The translations under genes were made by a program, and so were the position numbers. The notes under the pieces were generated by a model that made no database searches, was not told the origin of the DNA, and worked only from the letters and a program-made list of their open reading frames with translations. Source: Zancudomyces culisetae HAW-14-8 (Eukaryota > Fungi > Kickxellomycota). From it: a stretch of 64,000 nt of DNA. Numbering within the stretch: the first letter of the stretch is position 1; each line of letters begins with the position of its first letter. This document shows, piece by piece, positions 1 to 13,112 of this stretch. The stretch covers positions 2,232,001 through 2,296,000 of the forward strand of contig JBNJNM010000012.1 in assembly GCA_052426225.1 (NCBI GenBank), read 5' to 3'.

Positions 1-1808
1 GCGAATTCTCGTTTAGGATTGATCTTGAGCTTAGTAGTTTCAAAAGTGGAATAGGATCGATTTTATTTTTGTGGCGAAATTCTTTTTCTGTGCCCAAAAG
101 CTGTCGGTTTGCTCGCAAAATATAATAGGACATGAAAATTTTTTAGCTTTGTTTGCACTTGAACTTATTTAAAATGGTGCAGGATTAAATTTTTTATACC
201 ATGCATTTTTGTTTGCTATTTTCTGATCACCAATGAGCATTACTTGTATGAACGATTCTGCACGATTATATGTGCAAGGATAATTGCATTAGTACACACA
301 ACCTAAAGTCACAATCGTATAATATATGTATTTTTAAGGCATCAGTGTACTATTATGAACTGCCCAGGTACAAATAGTCATGTTTCATTCTGTACTCAAG
401 AGTCCCTTTAGCGGTACATGGTTACAACTATTCTTGTGCTTTTGGTTCCGATGTAGCATTTTTTTTTTTGGTATCTTTCTTTTCATTATTAAAAATCAAC
501 TCAAAAGTGGTTCGAGTTAAACCCAGCACTGCGCGACTGGGCTTAATGTATGAGCGAATAAAGCAGCAGTCATGTCTGCGTATCTTTGATCTATACCATT
601 ATGAATCATAGCAAAAATAAGCACTTGTCTCTAATCTACTGTATACATTATTTAACTTTAAAACCAGCTTTCAATTAGGAAAAGTATAGCCATAGTATTG
701 GATCTGCAAACACATAAACACGTATATCTATATACAGTTACACAACTATCTTATTTCAGAAATTTGAAAACCTCTAATATCAAGCATCTGTTAAATAGGC
801 GAAACTTAGCGCTTAAGTGCAATAAAAAATATGAGAGAAAAAAAATTAGTCTTTAATGAATCACCACGAAATCAACATATACTGCAGCTTCATTTTGCGT
901 TATTGGTAGTTTTTTCTTTTGCAATTACATCTTATTCCCGGATAAAGTGCCATGTGCTCACGTATACAACCCAAAATTTCTCTTTCTGGCTACTTAGCTA
1001 AGCTAAAACATTAGAATCATCTAGCAGCCATATATCATCAACTGATTTTTATTTTTTTCATGTGAATAGGCGTACGTATTTTCTATGATACTAGAGAATT
1101 ACAAAGAATGGACCAACATCAATTAAAATTACCATGTATTGAGACGAGGTGTATTTTTTCGTTTGTTTGTACACAATCGGACTGATTTAAATACTAAAGA
1201 AGCACTTTAGACAAAAACCAACATGGTAGTATGTTCTTAAACCGTCACACTATCATTTTTACATACCCACAACTTGATTAGATAAAATAGTAGCTTTCTG
1301 CTATAGACCCAGATTTTGTTCTGGAATTTTTTGTTTCAGTACCAATAGCTGATTTTTCATTCAACCACTTAAAAAAGTCACCCTACCATTACACACTAGC
1401 CCAACTGCCTTAACAGAAAAGGTAACAATTTTGATTAGCTGTGAATTTTCGCATTTTTTGTTAGTAGCCAATAAGCGATTCAGTTTTTTGTTCTAATTGA
1501 TGTAAAATACTTTCATGTGAGTAGCATCAAACTCTTTTTTTTTCCTTCGCTTTCTTTGCCTCCATAAATTTGAACCTGTGCAATGTTGTGGGGAGGTGGG
1601 TGGGGGAAGGGCAGAGAAAGAAGGTGAGCAAATGGGGTTTTTTGTGCTAGATTTGTTCCTCGAAACGCTTTGCCTTTGCAAATTGCTAAAAATTAAGATT
1701 TCGATATATTTTTTATTAAAATAGTGCGCACTTGTGATATATTTATATATCTAAATCAAATCCTTCCTCAATCAGCAGTACCCAAAATTATATATACCTT
1801 TGAAAAAA

Positions 1809-2899
1809 ATGAGTACATGGTAAGCGTTAACGATATTTTATACTCATTGATATCCAAAACTATGGTACACTAATCATTATTACAATTCTTTTTAAACCTT
1901 TAGGGAAAACTTGAAGAAAAATGTCAGTAGGACAGGAAACTCGGTAACTTTTTCAACTAACCTGTATGATAATGCACGTGTATCTAATTTTGCAACTACT
2001 CTTATTAAAAATCAATTTAACTAAAAAAAATAGATCGTTGGAGGAAGTTCGAACATAGTAAGAAGCATTAGCTTAAATCTATATCTGATAGAAACGTTTA
2101 TAACAATGTTAATTTGATTAGGACGACTCTGAATTAAATCAGCAAATTGCAAATTTCGAGAGGTGAGTATCAAAATGGGTGTAACTTTCAATACTTTAAA
2201 CTAACAATGGTCTTCATTTTAAATAGTTTTAAAAAGAAGGCAGAGAGGTTACTCTATGAATCTAAAAAATTTCTTGAAAGTTTAAAAGAAATGGCTGAAT
2301 CGCAAAATCAGCTTGCTGTTTATCTTAAAAATTCAGAAGGTGGTATGGACGAAAACTATGAAGGTGACGATAGTGATCAAAACAAGTATCTGCTCGCAGC
2401 AAAGAAAATACACACAGAGATATACAGTGAATTTGAAAATACGTATACCATTACGGTACTAGAACCCCTGGAGAAGTTCTGCTCCTTCATTCCAGAATAT
2501 GAAAGAGCCATTTCCTCAGTCAAAAAGAGACATGCAGATTTAGATAAGGCAAAGAAGGATGAGATAAAGACCAAAAGTAAAACTACAGATCCTACACTGA
2601 TAAACAAGGCTACAGAAGCCTTGGCGTACGGAGAGCGCGTTTACGAGGCTCTTAGAAACTCGTTGGTTGTAGAAATACCAAAACTGATTGATTCTAGAGC
2701 ATATGTTATTAATCCATCCTTCCAAGCCCTGGTTAGATCTCAACTGCAGTTTTTCCATGAGTGTTTGGAGTCTATGGATGGAATCTCAGATAATAATGCG
2801 AATATGTCCATTGAGCAAGCCGAGGATGATCTTGACAAGAAAATGGATGATGTTTTGGCAAAAATTAAAAGTTTGGGGATTTGTAATCTTAATGTTTGA
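1809..2899 (+). CDS. RVS161: N-BAR domain protein, Rvs161/Hob3 (amphiphysin) family; 5 exons (1809-1819, 1904-1943, 2034-2057, 2122-2162, 2227-2899)
   Basis: Splicing at GT-AG sites gives MSTWENLKKNVSRTGNSIVGGSSNIDDSELNQQIANFESFKKKAERL..., resembling the Rvs161 amphipathic helix 0. The C-terminal part has EIPKLIDSR..INPSFQALVRSQLQFF and ends IKSLGIC. There is no SH3 domain. Confidence 0.82.
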
Positions 2900-3133
2900 C
2901 CTTTTTTCTTCTATTAATAAAGTTCTTGCATGCGTACCGTATTTTACTTTTTCTTGATGACTTGAAAACCAGATTGGGTAACTATTCTCAAAAAAGCTAA
3001 AGCTGTCTCCTCTTCCAATAATTTTAGTATAGTAACAAAGTACTTTGGGTGGTTGGTGTTTTTTTTTTGTATTTTATAAATATGAAACAATTGAAAAGGG
3101 CAGACTGAAAAGACTAAAAGGTAACAAAAAGGG

Positions 3134-4774
3134 TTATATCCTTTGGTTCAATATCCATTTTTTTGTAATCTCGCATTGCTCAGATTGACATCCTGGACAC
3201 CTCATAAATATTTGATTGTTTTCAGAGTCCGTCCCGTTCAAATGTGATTTGACAAGCTCGGCAAGGCACCTGATAAACTGGGGGTTATCGTTTGGTGGGT
3301 CTGCAACAATATAATGCTCGATTCCGTGCTTTTGAGCAAGCTCTCTATATTCAATTCCTAGCTCAAAAAGAGTCTCGATGTGATCAGATGTAAAAGCAAT
3401 TGGTGAAATAACACATGCTTTACAGTTGGAGGCACCTAGCTGTGTAATAACTTTGTCAGTAGCTGGTTCAAGCCAGGGTAAGGGTCCCACCTTTGACTGC
3501 CAAATTAGCCGATAGGGGTTTTTAACATTTCGGTTTCTAAGTTCGGCTACGACGTGTTCAACTGTTCCGGACACTTCGCATGGATATGGATCGCCTTTTG
3601 CCACTGTTCGCAGAGGAACTGAGTGTGCAGAAAATAGGATTAGTGCGGTACTACGATGCTCCAAAGGTAGTTTCTCGATAGCCTTTTGAATTGAGGTTGC
3701 AAAAACCTTTACCAGCAGAGGATTGGTAGCCCATCTGTCAATAAAGCTCCATGATATTTCACCATTCTGGTCATACATCTTTTGAAACTTGTACAGATTA
3801 TTCAAGTTGCTACCTGAGGTTGTACACGAGTATTGGAAATATTGTGAAAACGCAACCACACGCTTCATTCCATCTTTCCTTATTTTTTCTACGGCTGTTT
3901 GTATACTGGGTTCGTTGTATCTAAACCCAATGTAGAATTGATGTGGTGCTATATAGTATTAACATTAATATGAATATTATTCAACCTTGTTTTCCAAGAG
4001 TAGAGCATGTACTGGTTAAGTTAAAATTTGTGGAAAACGAATGAAAAGGAAAAGAAAGGGTAAATATATATATGCACCGCTTTTATCTTTATATTACCTG
4101 TTTCAGGACACTCTTTGTCGAGTATCTCAACCATGCCTTGAGCCTGGATGGTAGTCCACTTTTCTAGTGGTGAACCGCCGCCTATTTTACCATATTCCTC
4201 TTGTATTTTCTTTGTTCTTCGACGAGCAATAAGTGGTCCCAAGTATTTCTGGAACGGCAACTGCATAATATCTCGATCCTGAAAAATGCTTTTTAGATAT
4301 CCATTCACCTCTCCAGGATTTCTGGGCCCACCCATGTTTAACATGAGGATACCAGTACCTCTATTTACGTATTGTACACAGAAAGGTGTATAATAAATAC
4401 TTGTCTAATATTAATATTAGCATACTTGCCTATTTTTTCCAGCTCCATGCGAGGATGATAGAAATCTACTACCAATGGCCGCTATTTCACAACATGATAC
4501 AATAAGGTTATATACTATTGTTTTCTTTTGCTATTGTTATGGCAAGGGGGAGGTGGATCTATAAATTTCAATAAATCCATCCAATTTTCCTCAGATTTTC
4601 ATGAATAACCCCTAATTACCGTTTAGAATAAAAGATAAACAAAAGATACGGAAAAGCTATGATAAATGCGAGTAGGAAATTGAACAGAATGTAGCTCAGC
4701 TATATATGTTCAAATATACAGAAATATATTCGGAAAGTACCTCTAAAGCTTCCGCTTAAAATTTGTCTACGCAT
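3134..4774 (-). CDS. HEM15: Ferrochelatase (mitochondrial), spliced; probable start 4774
   Basis: Motifs GILMLNMGGP, IGGGSPL, FSAHSVP, GDPYP, WQSKVGP and FTSDHIETLFE are present, with a C-terminal CPGCQSEQC. The spliced N-terminus MRRQILSGSFRAAIGSRFLSSS looks like a mitochondrial presequence. The first exon is less certain. Confidence 0.95.
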
Positions 4775-5994
4775 TTCTAAAGATCAGGTGGCAAAATTGC
4801 TGGTGGTAAATAAATTGCTATCAAAATTGGCTATTAAAATCCACTTTTGGTGTCGATATTATCCAAAAGACATATATACCAAGATATTTTAGAACATTAT
4901 TCCTGGGTCGTCCGCGTCCTTTCTAAAACCCCAATAATCACTGCTCCAATATGAAAACAAAAAAACAGTCGACTTTTTTCAAATTAACGAAACCAGTAAC
5001 AAGATTTGAATAGACTAAGCTGTAATTGGACGTAAATCCAACAGTCTGGGCCAATTACAAAAAAAAAGACTTTGATTAATTAAAAAGCATTCATATTACA
5101 AAGCCAACCAAGCTGCACAAGAAAAAAAGAGAGCCATTAGTGTATAGTTGTTACACCAATAAAAAAGCTTCATGTATACAACAAAGAGGCTTAATCATCA
5201 TCCTTTTCATGTACACACAGATTTCCTATTATGTACGATTCGAAGCCTAGTGAGGTAATTAATCCCCTCCGATGAAAACATATCGAGCTAATAGATACGT
5301 TCTAAGTATGTGTGTTTGTTCCTATAGCATAGAAATGTATTTATGCTGTCTATATATATATTGGTTATACAAAAAAAAATAGTACTGACTCCATCCTTAG
5401 CGTAGTGTCCGCGATATAATATACCAGTAAGAACGCGTCTAATCTCAGCCAGTTAGCCATGGAATTAGATTTCCTATATACATACGCACAATACCAATGT
5501 GATTTTGATAGCTGATACCTAAAGCCATTATTTTGGGTTTTTTCTCGTCTTCAATAGATAAATGAGGAAAATTAAAACGACCAACCTGTTTTAAACTTCA
5601 AATTTTACCCCATTGTTCTTAGAACTTGTACCAATTTCAGGCGTTCTATTGACATAGTACCTTGAAAAAGATAAATAATTAATTAACCAAATAACTATGC
5701 TCTGATGGTAGAAACAAAGTATACAATGCAAGTGTAGTATAATGCATTTACTAATTTTGTAAAAACGGCAATTGGAGCACAAATAAATATTTTGTCTTTA
5801 CTCAAACTCGCCCTGCCTGAGTTCAGGTTTTCGCTCTTCATTATATATATTGGCTTTAGAAGAAATGAAAAAAATGGTATTTTTAGGGTTATTAAAATAT
5901 TAAAAGATTTGGGCATGTAATTAGCTAGTAACATGGAGCACTATAGAAACAGATATTAACAGGTTTATGTTTTTTCCAAAACCATCAATAAATA

Positions 5995-7031
5995 ATGAGT
6001 AATAGTAACCGAATAATAGCAACCCCTTTAGGGAAAATAAAAAGGCTTACAGGCCATGGGGTATCGGTTAGGTACCAACTAAAAGAGTTTGCGGAAGAAA
6101 CTTTGGGAAGAGACAGCTTAAAAAAAATGGTTTTGTTACCTGAAGGTGAGGATGTTAGAGAGTGGATAGCGTGTCACAGTAAGTATATTTTCTCTTTCTT
6201 TTTTTTGTACCTATTATCAACTATATATATTTTCTTTGTATGTAATATCCTACAGTTAACACTAGAAATTTTGAAATTTCGCTACAGTTCTAGATTTTTA
6301 CAACCACGCAACACTGCTATATAGCTCGGTTTCGGAGTTATGTATAAAGGATACCTGTCCGAGAATGACAGCAGGACCTAGGTTTGTGTTTTTCTTTGTC
6401 ATATACACTGGCTTGTTCTTTATATGCTCTTATTTTTTGTATATAAATGGATATCTCAAATTGATATTCCAACATATAGAGTGTAAATACTCATATTTAT
6501 CTTCTTTCCTCTCTCGTCTCCCCTTCACCCCTTTCCCTTCAAAGGAAGAGTTATGTAATAATTTTTCTTTGCGTATTACTATTAGGTACGAGTACCTCTG
6601 GAGTGATGGTGATGTATATAAGAAGGCGACGAGTATGCCTGCAAAGCAGTATATTTCACTATTGTTTAAGAGGATTAATACTGTACTAGACGACGAAAAT
6701 GCATTCCCGAGAGCAGATGGTAAGTTGGTTAGCTTGTACATTGTGATCTTGCTACTTCCAATGGCTTAACAGTTGTGTGAACGATTAACTTTAATTAGAT
6801 GGAACATTTAGTACAGACTTTTTAACGGATACAGCGCCAAAAATAGTAAAGATGATAACCAGGGTTTATGCTCATATTTATCACCATCATTACCCAGACT
6901 TGACAAGGATTGGGCTTCAAACAATGCTGAACACTAGTTTTCATCATTTTGCTTTATTTGCTACTCGATTTCGACTTGTGGAACTCAGAGAGTTGGGACC
7001 TCTGAGGGATGTTATTAAGGCCTTGGTATGA
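5995..7031 (+). CDS. MOB1: Mob1/phocein-family kinase activator, 4 exons
   Basis: Spliced product contains TLG..LKKMVLLPEGEDVREWIA, DFYN, CxxxxCPRMTAGPRYEYLW, LDDENAFP, RVYAHIYHHH, LNTSFHHF and ELGPL. Stop is TGA at 7029-7031. Confidence 0.88.
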
Positions 7032-7851
7032 GCCTTCAGCTGCGGCTTCCGATTTAGAAGTCATAACCCAAAGTTTTAAGTAGAAAAGCAAAGATATTAG
7101 GGAATTTGGGGGTTCAGATTGTGTAAATAAAACATCATACCTTTATATATGTGTAGATGTTGTTAGTGCTTCGGTTGATACACCCACACCCTGTCATTTG
7201 TAGCTTGGAGAGGGAGGTAGGCAAGGGATCGATTGACCGTGTGGATGTCTACACTGACTTGACCACCAAGCACGAGGCGCGAAATGTATTTTTTTTTTGC
7301 AAAGTCTACGCTGTATCACATCCTACGCAATTCATAAATACATACACCTCACCAAATGTGATACACAGTTTCAATTCTTACAAGTCTATGTTATATGGGA
7401 TAACAGTTTAGCTGTACACCTCTTTGTACAACTAAGAGCTGACAATATTTATTCTAAAAAGTTTAAAAAAATTATAGCCAAACTAATCGTGTTTACCTAG
7501 TGTAATAAAATATATCTTTTTTTTTGGCGAATGATGGTATCACTAGAGCAGAGTAGTTGAGCCCCATGAATGTAAACATCCATGTTGCGTTTATTAGTAC
7601 TATTTAGTAAACTTTGGAAATAGACCAATAAAGCAAGATATGCTCCATGTTTATACCGATGTTTTTTCTTTAGCGTTGAGTTAGTGGTTGCTTTTTTTAT
7701 TTTTTTTATTATATTTTTTTTGCGTTTTGCCTAAAAAAATTTTTTTTCAATCAGAATTTTTTAATGTCTGTTTAACACCAAATCGAGAATATATATTTTT
7801 GTTTTTCACAGTTTCAAAATTGAAAAATCAATTGGCACGGAAAAAACAAAG

Positions 7852-9265
<1,414 letters not shown>

Positions 9266-9586
9266 ACCCCATCTCTCCCTGCCAAAATCAACCCTAACAG
9301 CACCTTTTATGCGCCTCTGTGAGTTTAATATCTATATTTTTACTTTTGTTTTTATTGTCTTTTTTTTGTGATACAAGGAACTCTATAGAAAAATCCAGAA
9401 TGTATAGAATTTAAAGCAAAGATCTATGAGATCTTTTGGTATTTTGCCATCATTGCTTAATAAACCCTTAGCTCCTACCATTCCTTTCCTAACTGCTGTT
9501 TTTTCTCGCTAAAATATTAATCAAAGTAAACACAAAATGTTGGCACGAAGTCTCGTAGCGAGCACTAAATGGAAAGACATGCGGTA

Positions 9587-9927
9587 TTAATCTTCTTCGA
9601 AATTCCCAGAGTTCGGCACTCCTCTCATTCGCTTTCTCATATCCAACTAGTAGCAATGTAATGTGATTACAGTTTTAGCTTATCAGAATTCATATATATT
9701 TATATAAAAGTAACAAGAAGTATGAGAAGAAGAGAGAGAATTATACTTACTAGACCTCGTTTGCATTCGAACAGACTTTGTGATAGCAAAATGCAAGGCT
9801 GTGGTAGATTTTGTTTCAAGTCCCTGTCTCTTAAACACTCATTGATTGTATGCCTTTGAACTAGAACACAATCAGATTTGTTCATACAGTCAATGAACGC
9901 CTGACGTACTCCATCGCAATTAGGCAT
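9587..9927 (-). CDS. COA5: Cytochrome c oxidase assembly factor 5 (Pet191), twin-Cx9C type, 2 exons
   Basis: Exon 1 MPNCDGVRQAFIDCMNKSDCV...ECLR...PCILLSQSLFECKRGL splices to exon 2 LDMRKRMRGVPNSGNFEED*. This gives the Pet191 ECKR..LDMRKR.RG signature. Confidence 0.92.
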
Positions 9928-11138
9928 TTTTTTCTACAGTTATTTTTCTAGTTGCTGTATATGAGAAAAGGAAAAATGATCTTTGAATAGGTAGTTGTGT
10001 TGTATAAAGCTTCCTTTTGTTATCGGGTTAAGAAACGGAAAGGATAATAAAAACAGGCAAATCAGAATTCCATTTAAAACTGTGCATTTTACAGGGTTAA
10101 ATCCCAAATAAATTGAACCAAATGAGGAAAAAAAATTTTCCAGAAGGTGTAAATGAATATGCTAAACGGTGGGGAATCGGAAAGCTCAAGGAAAGGCGCT
10201 AGTAAGTGAGTCGATTTTGCGGAGAATTTTTTGAGAGAAAATCCATGCAAGAGCTGTGTGCAATAAATTGCGGATCTCCAGCTTTGTGGGTGACAGACAG
10301 GAGTATAACTTGAGCACTTGTATATGCGACCAGACTGTTAGTGAGTAAATCATATGTGTGGAAGTATGTCTTGGTAAATGCAAGGCTTTCCACAACACCC
10401 TAATTAATACTTTTTAAATATGATCTAGGCTGAAATAAAGACTGCAGCAGCAGCTTCGACAGGCCCCTTTGTATCATATATACATAAGTGCATAAGATTC
10501 TGGGAATCCTGCCCCCCCCCACATCCGCTGAGCTCAGTGCAACTGTCTTTTATTTTCATTGTGTACACAAGAATGTTTTTTGTTACTGCTGAAACTAAGG
10601 TACCCAATGGATTACTAGGTCTATTCACATGGTTAATATCTTTACTATTTATTGTCCTTAAAGGATCTAGTTAATTTTCTGATCAGGTTTGAAAGCAACC
10701 AAAAGGATACACTACTAAACAGAAAGTGTGTTAATGAATTGATATCTGGTTGAGTAGGGTAAGTACTATTTTCCTATTCAGCTGGGAAGAGGGGGGGGGG
10801 TATTGGTATAGTCAGTGTGTTTATGAGTGAGAGTATTTACTGCTACTGGTCTGGAGGGATTACAGCGTTTTATCCAAATTAGCAGCAAGAAGTTGAGTTG
10901 TGGAGTTCTTGATGATGCATATCTATCTACCCTTGCACTAGAGTTGATGAATTCGGTAGTATCAGCAACTCACCTGTAAAGCCCCGTTTGATTCTAGGTA
11001 TGCATTAACAAGTTCTTGTAAGGTTAGAATTTATAAGACGTTTATTTTATGGGTAAGCTTTTACTCGTATTAACTTTGCGTTACTGGATAACCCTTGGAA
11101 ATGAAAAATAAGCCCAGGTTTTCATCATTGTTTATTTT

Positions 11139-11162
11139 TGTGTGTGTGTGTGTGTGTGTGTG
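11139..11162. repeat. (TG)n microsatellite
   Basis: About 12 uninterrupted TG units. Confidence 0.9.
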
Positions 11163-13112
11163 CAATGTGCTTATCTGTTTTATTGAGTTTCCCTTAACTA
11201 TATTTATTTTTTCATTTGCGGACCAATAACGGTAGTAATAATAAAATGAGCTAATTTAAATAAGTTTAATTCTATCCCTCCCAAAAGCAAGTATTATGTA
11301 AATCAAAAAAAAAACTAATTACACACAATACTTATATTACGTTTGGGGTTACACAAAACAACTATTGCCCATGAATATCGAGCATATATCAGGCTCAGGC
11401 TGAGAAGTTATACAGGTAATAAAAGTTCAGTAACCAAATCATTGGCAATGAATAAAAGAAAATAGTGGAAAGTAACACTTTTTTTCTATTAAACCAAGCT
11501 GAGCCATATTCAATATAATACAGATTAGAAACAAAGTAGAAAAAGGCAAAATCTTAGATGCTTGACTCCTCCGCCCTCAGGCTATCAGATATAGATATGT
11601 GTGCAGTGTCATTTCAATTAAACACAAATAAGAATCGGAAGGAGTTGAAGTTGTACTATCCGCTACTTAACTTTGCGGAGAGAGGGATGGAGTGAGGACA
11701 AGGGGGGATGAAGAGAAAAGAAGAGGGAAGAGGGCGATGAGAAAAAGAGTGTATGAAAAATAGGAAAGAAAAGGAATGACAGTCGAAGGGGGTATGTATA
11801 TTTACGATAGATGGCTTGGTTTTCTAATGGAATGAGATTTGAAATGTTCCGACATCAAATTCATTTGCTTTTATAATACCATTTTTGTCAAGTTCATAAT
11901 TAGGACGGACAATGTTGAATACTTTTTTCCATCTGAGGATACTTAATAAAGAGCCAACACAAACATTTTAAAAAAGGAAATTGATTCAAAATTGGATTAA
12001 TTAAACACCGTAAACCAGTAACCCCTTTACATTTTACATAAATGCATAAAAAGTAACGTAGGATTAGCTAATCCTAGTATAATTTGCGGAACTAAATAAA
12101 ACATAGCCCTATTCTGCAATTACAAGATTTTTAATCTACTTACTACATATAGTGATGTATAGCGTAAAATACAGGAAAAATAAAAATAAAAGTAAAAATA
12201 AAACCAGTATTAAGAAACTAGGACGGAGAAGCAAAACAAGAACTAGTAAATGAAGCGATTGGCTTCAAAAAGCCCACATCGCCTTTTGAAATCACTAAAT
12301 TAAAAATTAAACTACCATCATTATACAGGATTGGTATATATCTTTAACAGCTGTCACATCCACCCACCCCCTCTTTCCTTCCTTTTCAAAAATTGCCATG
12401 ATTCACCACTGTTAACGAAAAAGCTCTGTTACAAAACTAATTTACAATTTTATTGCTCGAAAAAACAAGATAGTTTGAAAAGGTGATAAAGATGTACCAG
12501 GACTTGTGCAAATCAAATCTCTTTTCTCATTCGAATGTTCAACTAAATAAAAGCGGGAAATTAGCTAAGGATTATTTTAGAACTAGTGTAATTACATTCT
12601 TTATCACTAATTAGGCTTGGGATAAATCAATTACCGGTTATTGATTTGAAAAGTGCTGAAAAGATGCAAATTTTTTTTATTTTTACATTTACCTTTTATC
12701 CTCTATGATTTCTTTTTTTTTGAGGAAGCAAAGTATAAAAACAAAAACAGCAGCATAATCAACTTTAATTACAAACATTAAAGTTGACTTTAGTATTTTT
12801 TTTACTAAACAGATTCTTATAATTATAACACTTGGATAAATCCAGAGGTGCTGCGAATTGGTAATTAAACGTAGTGAGGTTATAAAACAAAAAAAGAGTA
12901 CAAACTTTCTTGGAAAACAATTTGCATACATATATATAATATTAGGGTCTATAATTAACCTCTAACACGACTCGGTTATATATACCAGCTCCTCAAGTAT
13001 AATTTAAAACAAGAATTACTATTTTGTCCTCTCCTTTGTGTATGTGTATATATATATATAAAGGAAGACAAAAGATAGAAACAGATACAAAAAAAAAAAC
13101 AGATAAGGGAGA

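Noticed and set aside
7029-7300. Selenocysteine recoding: the MOB1 TGA is followed by a short open frame and a 3' hairpin, and some early-diverging fungi use Sec
   Set aside because: The TGA falls at the normal Mob1 C-terminus and the hairpin lacks the SECIS AUGA/GA core and apical AA. No in-frame TGA was needed in any gene model in the window, and the tRNA is Ser(AGA), not Sec.
12059-12076. Perfect 18-bp palindrome TAGGATTAGCTAATCCTA
   Set aside because: One 9-bp-arm palindrome is not unexpected in 64 kb of AT-rich DNA. No target-site duplication or second copy was seen.
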